Assembly (NCBI GenBank): GCA_963693365.1
Contig: CAVNZM010000004.1
Span: forward strand, 8,956,468-9,020,467
DNA length: 64,000 bases
From: Amoebidium appalachense
Lineage: Eukaryota > Protista > Ichthyosporea
Direction of reading: 5' to 3'
The translations under genes and the position numbers were made by a program. The notes beneath the pieces were generated by a model that saw only the letters and a program-made list of their open reading frames with translations, made no database searches and was not told the origin of the DNA. Shown piece by piece: positions 27,250-39,112 of the stretch; position 1 is the stretch's first letter, and every line of letters begins with the position of its first letter.

Positions 27250-28014
27250 TGTTGGACATTGTGTTCATAGAAGCTAGTTCTAGTGCACGTTGTTCCTTCT
27301 GTAAGTCAGAAATGATTGCATCTTGTGAGGCCAACCTCTGCTCCAGTAGTTGGACTAGTTGCTGCAACTGTAAGTTGTCAGACATAGTGTCGTGTATGAT
27401 GGGTAACTAGTCTATGTGTTTTGTGCACTGGAAACGACAGTAGAAAAGTGTAAATCAAACGTTCTGCTTCCCATGTTTGTGACATGGGAGGCACTGCTTT
27501 ATATAGTCGTTGGCCACCTCATGGTGGCCTCGTGTGCACCCTGGTGGTGGGCCATGTACAGCATGGCCGAAAAGAGAGCACAATGAAAACAAGTCGTTAA
27601 AGATATAAAAGTTAACTGTGCACGTTGAGTGGCTAGTTAACTTGCACTAAAGCACACAAATAAACGTGTTTAACACACCAATTGCAGTTAAACGTAAATC
27701 TTGCTTCACACAACTAAAAATATTCTGAGAATATCCGGGAATAAAGCACACTACCACTCTAAGAATAGAATCCTGTGGCAAATATAGACATGACATCATC
27801 TGAACCGGGAATATTAATTAATGAGCACAATTAGCACGTTGCTAGTGAAGCTCGTCATTGGTACAGTTTTGGCTCAAACATATAACTACCATATATGAAT
27901 ATGACCGTAAACAAAAGCTCTATGCACTCGAGTGAGTGTTGAAACAGTTATTCAATTGCTCAGAAACTTTCTCTAACAGACATTGCTAGCCGGGAGTACC
28001 AGTGTACTCCAACA
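27250..28014 (-). repeat. 3' LTR of the copia element
   Basis: Direct repeat of 32363-33127; no differences seen by eye. Confidence 0.97.
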
Positions 28015-28023
28015 CCCCTACTC
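28015..28023 (-). other. Polypurine tract (GAGTAGGGG) abutting the 3' LTR
   Basis: Purine-rich tract immediately upstream of the 3' LTR on the element strand. Confidence 0.7.
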
Positions 28024-28200
28024 AATTGGATAATTGTGGTATGAATTAATGCAACTGAGCTCGAGTGCTTCAGGTGCACAAAATACAGACAATAAAGATT
28101 CCCCTACTCAATTTTAGTATGGTACACGTAGTTGCACAGTCGGATGCAACTCTCTCCCCCCCCCTGAAGTATGAGGGCGCAGTTGGTTGATGACGGGTGC

Positions 28201-31200
28201 TCAGCACATGTTGAGCATCCCCACGGCCTTGGTGAAGAAAGAGGCAGACAGGGCCTTGGTGAACATGTCGGCCTTGTTGTCAGCAGAAGCCACCGGGACC
28301 ACAGTGATGTTGCCCAGCAGGTGATGTTCCTTGACGGAGCAGTAGCGGACGTCGATGTGCTTGGTCTTGGGCTTAACCCCCAGGGTGTCCAGCAGGGCCC
28401 GGGCAGACTCATTGTCCCCATGGATGGGCACCGGGGTGGGCTCATTGATAGGATTAAGGCCCAGGTCGTCCATCACATAGTTGAGCCATAGGGCCTCGTT
28501 CGTAGCAGCAGACATGGCCACAAATTCAGCCTCAGTGGAGCTGTGGGTGGTGATGGACTGGAGCCGAGACACCCAGGACACAGGGGAGGAGTTTATGAAG
28601 AAGACATAGCCCGTGGTGGAGCGCCGGGTGTCGCGGTCCTCGGCGTAGTCGGAGTCGGAGTAGCCAACAAGGTTGGGGGGGCCGGGACGGTAGACAATAC
28701 CCAGGTCGATGGTGGCCAGCAGGTAGCTTACAACTCTGGTAGCCATAGTCCAGTGGGTGACGGTGGGCGCATGAATGTGTCGAGTAAGGACTCCCAGAGC
28801 CTGGGAAATGTCGGGGCGGGTGGTACGCGCAATCCACAGCAGGGCACCGACCAGGCTGGCATAGTCCTCCTTCTTGCTGTAGGCTGGGGTCTTGTTGCTT
28901 TCACTGGCCTGGCCCGGGACGATGGGGGTCTTGGTGCCGGACATGTGGGTGAGACGAAAACGGGCAGCCAAGTCGATGATGTGTTGACGATGGCCCAGAC
29001 GCAGAGACCCGTCCTCCAGCCAGGTAAGAGTGTGCCCGATGAGCAGGGTAGGACGACCCAGGTCCTTGGCAGAGAAACGAGCATCCAGCTTGGTGAAAAA
29101 ATCGTCGATGAGCGCATCAGTGGCGGCCGTCACGGTGAAGTCATCCACGTAGGCAGCAAGGGCAATAAATGTTGGGGTCCCGGCATTCTTGATGAACAGG
29201 CACGGGTCAGCAGCACTCACAATGAAGCCTTGGTCGAGGAGATGGTCACGGAGGGCCTCATACCACTGGCGCGGTGCCTGTTTTAGGCCGTAGAGCGCCT
29301 TGTGGAGCAAGCCGACAGCATGGGGGGCCGAGGGGTTGACGAAGCCAGGGGGCTGCTCAATGTAGATGGTCTCGTTGACGGTGCCGTTGAGGAATGCTGT
29401 GTTGACGTCGATGTGGCGCAGAGGCAGACCTTGGGCCACGGAGGTAGCCAAAACCAGCCGGATGGTAGCCAGCGCAGCCACAGGTGACTCGGTGACGAAA
29501 TAGTCCTGGCCAGGCTGCTGGTAGTTGCCCCGGGCCACAAGCCGGGCCTTGAAAGCAGTGACGTTGCCGACGTTGTCCTGCTTGACCGTAAAGACCCAGC
29601 CGACCGGAATGACAGTGGAGCCATCCTCTGGACGGGGCACAAGGGTGAAGGTGCCGTTGTCTTCCAGGGCCTTGAGCTCACGGTGTGCAGCCTCCTCCCA
29701 TTTCAGACGCTGGGGACTCTTGAGTGCAGCCCGGACAGTCTTGGGGACAACAATGGTGGAAGCCTTGATGGGTGTTGATGCAGGAGCCGTAGCCTGGGGG
29801 GCAAGGGGGGCCGTAGCAGCAGCCACGTTGGCAGTCGGGCCTCGACGTTGGTCGTTGTACACAGCGCCACTACGGGTCGTCCGGGGGAGCCGATGTGCAG
29901 GCTCGGGCAGGATCGGAATGTCCAATTGATCACTCGGCGCTGTCCCATTGGCTGACAGACGAGACGAATCAGATTGCTGATCATTCCGGACGATGTGATT
30001 GGCTGGCTGATTTGACGAATCAGATGACTCCAAAAAATGATGAATTGCCGGTGCGGTCGACCAATCAGATGGGACATCACGGAGGGGGTGCAGAATAGCA
30101 GCCTCGTCGAACTGCACGTCACGGCTGACGGTCATCTTGTGTGCTGCTGGAATCCAGACCTTGTAGCCCTTGATGTTAGGAGGGTAGCCCACGAAGACGC
30201 CCTTGACGGCACGAGGCGCCAGTTTCGGTGTATCCTGTTGATGGACGTAGCAGGGAGAGCCCCAGACACGGAGCCGGCTGTAGTCGGGAGGAATGCCGGT
30301 CCACAGCAGAGCGGGAGACGATTGGCTGCCGGTGGCTCGCGACGGGAGCATGTTGCGTATAAAAGCCGCGGTCACAGCTGCCTCGGCCCAGAATCCCACC
30401 GGAAGGCCGGACTGCTGCAGGAGTGCCCGAACCATGTCGAGGAGGGTCCGGTTCAGTCGTTCGGCAGTCCCATTCTGTTGAGGAGAGCCGGTGGTAGTGA
30501 TCTGATGGCGAATGCCATGCTCACGGTTGTAGTCCCCGAAGGCCGTGCCCATGTACTCGCCCCCCCGTCGGACTGAAACACCTGCATGGGAACACCGTGT
30601 TGGGTAACCGCCGCCTTGTGGTACGTCACATATGCAGCCAGTGTGTCCGACTTCTTGACGAGGGGCACGGCCGTGGTGTGGCCGGTGAATTCGTCGTGGA
30701 ACGTCGCCAAGTACTGAGCACCACCGATCGCGGGAGGGAAGGGGCCGCTGATGTCGCTGTGAACCTTGGCTAGGACCCGGGGAGCTTGGCTAGTTGATTC
30801 GGAGAAGGCAACACGGTGGGCTTTGCCGAGGGCACAGGGCTCACACACACCCGGAGACTTGGCACCGCCACCCACCAACAGGCCTGCAGACTTGATGACC
30901 GAGCGTACAGCGTCAATGCCAGCATGGCCCAGACGGTAGTGCCACGTGTTGAGGTCGGCAGTAACCTTGAGGATACGCGGAGCAGTGGTGGTTTGGGCGT
31001 CCGGGGTTGTGTCCGCGCGCAGAAGAGACACCGCCATGTGGTACAGCTTGGTGCCGACAGCCGAGCCGGTGGCCAGAATTTGATCGCCGTAGCACAACTT
31101 AACGCCGCCGCGGGTGTCAAAGCGGGGTAAAACACCGTTGGTAGTTGCCGTGAACACACTGATGAGAGTGTCGGGGATGGAGGGCACGTAGAGTACATCC

Positions 31201-32498
31201 GTCAGCTGATGCACCGCAGTAACGCCGTCGATGGTGCTGGAAAAGAACACGTCGCCCACCCCAAGCACTGCACATGCACCCTTGTCGGCTACTTGGACCG
31301 TGGAGTAAGGCGCCGCACGCATGTTGATGAACACATCGGGCCGGGGGCACACATGGTCAGTGGCTCCAGAGTCGAGGAGCACCTTGTTGGTGCCACAGTC
31401 GTTGCTAGACATGAGGAAAGCCCGGGGAGCGTCAGCCCCCCCCTTGCACTGTGCCGTAGTGTGGGTAGTAGAGGCAGGGTGGTTGATGCAGGACCCAGGC
31501 AGGAGGGGACCACCCTTAGGTTTGCGGCCGTTGGCACGGTTGCCCCCCTTGCACATGGCGGTAGTGTGACTGGTAGACAGTGGGTGGTTGACGCAGGAAC
31601 CCTTGGGGTAGGTGCTGGCACGGTTGTTGCCAGAGTTGCTGTGTTGGCCGTTGCCGTTGGGGCACTGAGACTTGATGTGGCCTGGTTTGCCGCAGCCGTG
31701 GCAGATGACAGGTTGAGGAGCCCGTGTGGTGAAGGCGGCCGGCCCGGAGCTGGTAGTCACACGTGCACGTGGGTGGCTGGTCTCATATGCCCGTAGCTGT
31801 TGGAGGAGGCCCATCACGGTAGGCTTGGGTGTCATCTTGTAGGCAATTACAGGCATTTCGTAGTAAGGCACCTTGCCGAGGTCGTTGGTGAGCTTGGTCA
31901 GCACTTGAGCATCACCAATTTGTGTGCCGTAATCGGCCAGGCGCCGCACGTAGCCGCGGAGTTTCATGGCGTATTTCGTCGCGGTGTCCGTAGGTTCAGG
32001 CGTAGAATTCATGTACAGCCCGATAAGGTCGTACTGATTGGCCTCAGATTGCTCCAGGTAGTGGGCAGATAGGGCCGACCATATCTCCGCAGGTGTGGTG
32101 GTGCGTGTTAACCCTAGGATACAACGCACGTCAATCGAGAGTGCTTGCCACAGGTAGGAACGGGCAGTGTCGACCTGTTCACGGGTAGCCGGGTGCTCCG
32201 TACTGGGCGCGATGGTGTGGAGAAGACCAGCACCAGAAAGCTGGACATACATGGTTTCGGCCCATGTGTGGTAGTCCGTGCCTGAATCATTATCAATGCC
32301 AGTGAAGAGAGGGATGTCGACCTTGAACTTGATGGAATCATTACGTGAGGGGCCCATAACCCTGTTGGACATTGTGTTCATAGAAGCTAGTTCTAGTGCA
32401 CGTTGTTCCTTCTGTAAGTCAGAAATGATTGCATCTTGTGAGGCCAACCTCTGCTCCAGTAGTTGGACTAGTTGCTGCAACTGTAAGTTGTCAGACAT
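28201..32498 (-). CDS. Copia Gag-Pol polyprotein, broken by a 1-nt frameshift in the G7 run at 30560-30566
   Basis: CCHC knuckle CHGCGKPGHIKSQC, protease LLDSGAT, integrase WHYRLGH..CEPC and SDGG(G)EY..QQNGTAER, RT FKARLVARG / LYGLKQ / YVDD, RNase H YSDSDY..TEAEF..DN..ADMFTK. Confidence 0.95.
32350..32361 (-). other. Primer binding site GGTTATGGGCCC (internal/half initiator tRNA-Met type)
   Basis: Lies 1 nt inside the 5' LTR end. Same motif as the Drosophila copia PBS, which pairs with the tRNAi-Met anticodon region. Confidence 0.85.
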
Positions 32499-33127
32499 AG
32501 TGTCGTGTATGATGGGTAACTAGTCTATGTGTTTTGTGCACTGGAAACGACAGTAGAAAAGTGTAAATCAAACGTTCTGCTTCCCATGTTTGTGACATGG
32601 GAGGCACTGCTTTATATAGTCGTTGGCCACCTCATGGTGGCCTCGTGTGCACCCTGGTGGTGGGCCATGTACAGCATGGCCGAAAAGAGAGCACAATGAA
32701 AACAAGTCGTTAAAGATATAAAAGTTAACTGTGCACGTTGAGTGGCTAGTTAACTTGCACTAAAGCACACAAATAAACGTGTTTAACACACCAATTGCAG
32801 TTAAACGTAAATCTTGCTTCACACAACTAAAAATATTCTGAGAATATCCGGGAATAAAGCACACTACCACTCTAAGAATAGAATCCTGTGGCAAATATAG
32901 ACATGACATCATCTGAACCGGGAATATTAATTAATGAGCACAATTAGCACGTTGCTAGTGAAGCTCGTCATTGGTACAGTTTTGGCTCAAACATATAACT
33001 ACCATATATGAATATGACCGTAAACAAAAGCTCTATGCACTCGAGTGAGTGTTGAAACAGTTATTCAATTGCTCAGAAACTTTCTCTAACAGACATTGCT
33101 AGCCGGGAGTACCAGTGTACTCCAACA
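32363..33127 (-). repeat. 5' LTR of the copia element; contains a TATA-like TATATAAA (32611-32618, - strand) and the gag ATG (32498)
   Basis: Direct repeat of 27250-28014, followed by the PBS. Confidence 0.97.
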
Positions 33128-33565
33128 GTGAGCACAGCTCACTCTAACAACACCAGCCGGGAGCGACCCGGGACACATACACAAACATAAAGACTTGAAA
33201 GGGGAAGACCCCATGCCCAGGACGCTGACCCGAACCGTGGCCGGTGATCCGGATTGGTCTCCCACTTGAACGTTGGACTGGGATGCCCAAGCGGCGCGCC
33301 GTCGGCGTCAGAGGGCCGGTGCTGTTCATGACGTCATGTCTTGCGGCCGGATGATAACAAATTGGTGGTGCTGCTTGACGTGGTCTGGGGTGATGGCTTC
33401 TAGGGGGCGGCCAGACCGGTGGACCGTCGAGGCAGAAAAATCGGAAGTACGATGGTTAAGGACAGCTTAATACGTTTTCCCAGAGACGAAAGGAAGGCGG
33501 GGCCTAAGAACCATCGGTTAAAGAAGGGGTGAAGGGTAGAGTGTGTGTGTGTGTGTTGGAGGGGG

Positions 33566-33611
<46 letters not shown>

Positions 33612-33613
33612 CA

Positions 33614-33647
<34 letters not shown>

Positions 33648-33697
33648 GGCAATAAGCCAGGGGCCGTCAAAGAGAGAGACTCGGAGAGACTCTAAGA

Positions 33698-34224
<527 letters not shown>

Positions 34225-34311
34225 CTTCGTCAGTGAGTGAGTGAAAACAATGCTGAAAACAGTTCAAAAGTTTCTTTTTTTCTTTTACTTTTTTTTTTTT
34301 TTTTTTTTGGT

Positions 34312-34342
<31 letters not shown>

Positions 34343-34424
34343 GGGGCAGCTGAGAACGGGCAACTCATATTCATGATATCATATATGACAAGTATCATAA
34401 CGGTATCATGATAATGATCTGAGT

Positions 34425-34465
<41 letters not shown>

Positions 34466-34568
34466 TTGGAATACGTCACCACGTATGACAGCAAGAGCCT
34501 TGAAGTATGTATGTGTCTTAGCTTTCAGTGTTTGTATTCGTGTCTGCTTTCCTTCTTTGTGCTCTTTC

Positions 34569-34617
<49 letters not shown>

Positions 34618-35354
34618 CCCCCCCCCCCCCCCCCCCCCCCCCGCGTATCCCTCTCTCCCTTGTTTCTGTGAGCACAGATATCTGTAGGTTGTGCACACCT
34701 GGCTCTCTTGCCTGATAAGAACTTATTGTATTTTATTTCTGTTTGCTCTCCTCTGTTTATCTGAGAGGTAGCGTGATTGGCTAGCTACATTCGTTGTCTT
34801 TCTAAATGGCTTAGTTTTGTTCTCAATAGGATGGCTCGCCAATAGTCGCGAGCGAGTACATCTGTAGATCGTGTTGTGCATTCCTGTCTATTAATATATG
34901 TGTTGTGATTGGACAATAGATACATATGGAATTCGGTTTATTGCAATGTGTCTTCACTTTGAGGGTGTCGACTATTAGGAAATATATGTATATGATGAGT
35001 TTCTTTATAGAGACGAATATAAATATATATGTGAGTTAATCGTGACTAGATGTATAATTACTTAAATTATTTAAGTAAGAGTTTCTAAACTTTAGTTAAG
35101 TCGGAAGTTGGAATGCGTATGCTCTGTCGGAATGTGTTTTTCTATCTTCTGATAGAACCGATTGGTTCTCCCTCTTTAGTTGTGATACGATGATAAGTCG
35201 CAAGTACAAAAAGAACCGAGAGCACAATAAAGGATCAGTTGTTGTTTGAAATCGTTCAATGTCTCGTGAACAACTCCGATTGCCCTCTCTTTATTGTGTT
35301 AGTCGTGTTTTACATTGTCACACCTCTGTGCACTCTGCTCCCTTAGACCCGTAC

Positions 35355-36062
<708 letters not shown>

Positions 36063-36225
36063 TGTGTGTGTGTGTGTGTGTGTGTTTGTGTGTGTGTGTC
36101 AGAGAGAGGGAGAGAGAGAGGGAGAGGGAGGGGACGGGGGGGGGGGGGGGGGGGGGGGAGCCTCGGTGATGGGCCACGGGGCTCGGGGGGACCTGGCCTG
36201 ATCATGAGGGGAAAGGGGGGCGTGG

Positions 36226-36277
<52 letters not shown>

Positions 36278-37661
36278 AGCATGCATATATTGCCAATGAT
36301 GCTCGTACACTCCGTGAGAAGAGTAATGATCCCATCTAGCTGGCCCATCTGGTGTACATACATGCGTCACGGCTCACGAGGGAGAATTCGAACCCTTTTT
36401 GATGCAGTGTGGTGCACATGCATTGCCAAGTGATCATGACGGGGCGCTGAAAGCCAAGTCAATATGCATATGACTCTCGGCTTTCGTCAGTTCGTAGGTC
36501 GGTTCAGTGATTGAACTTTTTCAAAGTTTTTTGCAAGTGGCAACCATACACTATCATAGAGGTAACCTTGGGTTTTATTAGAAATGTGGGGAGATCTTGA
36601 CCAAACAGGAGATACATAGGACATTCGTAGCCACATAGTAGCATGTACATACAGTACATTGATCTCAGCACGATCCATGCCGGCACGGACCCGCCTTGAC
36701 GGGCCCTGACGCCTGACGGTTCCCCATGTCCGGCGCAAATCCCGCCAAAAGCCAGGGACTCCCAATCACTGCAACGGATCTCATTCTCATGCACCGAAAA
36801 TGGCGCGTGGTTGTCCACGTGCGCGGGGCCTACATGCTGGCCTAAGTGGCCTTCACTGAGACGTTCCCAGGCATCGGACTCGTGACCCGGGAAACAGCCC
36901 GGCATAAAAGATCTGTGTGTAGACTCTACACTATATTAGAAAAAATAATAAAATACAAACAAATATAGTACTTAGTCGGCGATAACCCTTGTAATGGTGC
37001 GTAAACCCCCTTCTGGGGCCATGCTAAGTTTTGCAATGATGATAAGGGGTCCCCCAAAACTCATACGTGTTGGGCGAGTCCTGTGTAAGTAAGTACAGAA
37101 TTTCCGATTTTCCGATTTTGAAAATTTGAGAATTCTGGATTTAGTCTATGACTTGTTGAAGATTTCTGTCATTCCGTTACAAACATAAGACTGCACGTGG
37201 TACTACCTATAGTAGATATCGAACGGAAAAAACTATGTTCCAAAAGGGGATTCTGGTATAGCGAGGCTCCCTTTTCCGTAGTTACTAGTTATAACTCTGC
37301 AACATGCTATACACAATGATACATCTGGAGATGGAGTCTCAAATTCCCGGGAGTGTGGTTACACATACGACCAGCCCCACAAGGGGAAGTTTTGGGGGGT
37401 TCATGATAGTCAACACGGGCCAATGAGATCAATGACATTACGATGGCACTTTCGCTTTGATCCTGTACATGTGCAGATACGGATGCTTTGTACCCGCTGG
37501 CTTACGGAGAGGGAGCCCCTACGTGTCTTTGGGGGCAGCGAGAAAACTATCTTTGGCCATGGGGATCCCCTATTAACCAGCCGTATATACACGCAAGGGT
37601 TCAACAACCATCGCTTTTATTGGCCATACCAACACATGTTTCTTCTTTCCATGTTGCAGTC

Positions 37662-38850
37662 ATGAGTTGCACGGTGGATGCTAGTGAAAACAACGGGAAA
37701 ACCCGACCAAGTTCCCGCCCAGGAGCAACTGACCTACCGTCGGCCGGTGGAGGCCACCAGCTATGGCTATCGATTATTCGTGTATACTCAACATTTTGCG
37801 TAATCCTAGTTCACCTTCTCGGCTCAACTTTTGGTGATGTTAACAGACATGACTTGTTTGCCCTTTTTGGCTTGGCTGCTGTTGCGCGCCAAGGGGTCCC
37901 CCTATTTTTCCTGCAAGCTGGGGCGTTGTTAATACCAACCGACCGTTCTGCGACAAGCTTTCTGTTTCGTCGACTTTACAAAATTGTACCCGCATTTGTT
38001 ACGTGGCAAGTCATTGGGCTAGTCATGGACGGTGGCTTCTCGTCCGTCATCACATCGCTTGGCTTCCGCGACTTTCTGCGTCTTACTTTCGGCAACTACA
38101 GCAACCAAGTGTACTGGTTCATTCCTCGCCTCGTCAGTTGCTACCTCTTGTTTCCGCCCCTCTCGACTGTTTACAAGAATTCGGACGCCCAGGGTAGGTG
38201 GTACTATAGTATTGTTTGGATTTTGGGCGCGGTTGTATTGCCCCAACTGACCCTTCTACTGAACTTCAACGTTGACTTCGCTGTCTACTTCTCTACGTTT
38301 CGTGTGGACCCGGTTGGCTACTGCTTTCTTGGGGCCTTGTTGCGCAATGATGTTCCGGATTTTTCTTCGTAAGAGAAACTTTGGGCTTGTTGCCTTGACC
38401 ATACTGTTTACGGTGGCCTGCCTGGTGGGGACACTTGCTCCCTACCACTGTATGCTCGAGCGGGGGTCGGTATGCGTTGAGGACTACACATGGTGGTTTG
38501 CGTGGAGTATAACATCACTTACATCCGCATGCTGCTTTTTCTTGCTTTGCAAAGGATTCATAGGACCAAGTATTGCAGCTTCAAAGTCTAACTCCCCCTT
38601 TGTAGCGAAAATCACTTGGCTGATTCTGCAGCTGGATAAAGCGTCGTTTACTGTTTACCTAGGGCACGTGTACATATTGAATAGTTTGTATAATAATCAC
38701 CAGGAATTTTTTACTGACCCGTTTTGGAACGGTGTTCCCTCCGTCCTCCGCTTTCCTGTGGCTGCTGCTTGTTTATATGCAATTCCCACAATATTCTGTC
38801 GGCTTATTCAGGAACATATGCCACACCTAGCACGTTTCGTCGCTCCTTAA
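37662..38850 (+). CDS. Acyltransferase family 3 (OafA/WecH-like) membrane O-acyltransferase; one frameshift at the T-run 38360-38364 (pseudogene or assembly error)
   Basis: Motifs IIRVYSTFCVILVH, ARQGVPLFFLQAG, RRLYKIVPAF, YWFI..LVSCYLLFP and KASFTVYLGH. Removing one T joins ORF 37488-38372 to ORF 38272-38850 (PDF-LRKRNF). Confidence 0.85.
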
Positions 38851-39074
38851 CTTTAGCCTAATAATTGACCAAGCATATGTATAGCTTTGAGGTACCGAGA
38901 TCACTATGAACGTCACATGTAAATTTAAATGGGTCCGAGGCTAGGGCTGGCACACACACACAGACTATGTCAAACACCCCGAGGCTCATTTACTCACGTG
39001 CACAGACACGCACATGGAGTGACAGACATTCATTTACACACACACACACACCGTGACACACACACACACACACA

Positions 39075-39112
<38 letters not shown>

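Larger units (their letters stand above)
27250..33127 (-). mobile_element. Full-length Ty1/copia LTR retrotransposon (5878 bp)
   Basis: Two 765-bp LTRs with TGTTGGA...TCCAACA ends, 5-bp TSD GTGAG (27245-27249 / 33128-33132), and domain order Gag-PR-IN-RT-RH. Confidence 0.98.
27047..33449 (-). mobile_element. 5'-truncated non-LTR retroposon (about 520 bp) split by the copia insertion into 27047-27249 and 33133-33449
   Basis: Perfect 15-bp TSD CGATGGTTAAGGACA (27032-27046 / 33450-33464). A T-rich tract (poly(A) tail on the - strand) follows the left TSD directly. Confidence 0.75.

Noticed and set aside
28104-32523. Antisense and alternate-frame ORFs over the copia element (for example 28543-29286 +)
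   Set aside because: Shadow ORFs of a GC-rich coding region; no env-like or other domain is evident.
34683-35354. Possible solo LTR (TGTA...TACA, AT-rich)
   Set aside because: No matching TSD and no second copy in the window.
36370-36400. tRNA or SINE B-box-like GGGTTCGAATTC on the - strand
   Set aside because: No A-box or cloverleaf could be found.
36440-36495. Hammerhead ribozyme candidate (CTGACGA plus hairpin on the - strand)
   Set aside because: The hairpin is real, but the required GAAA after stem II is missing and stems I and III cannot be built.
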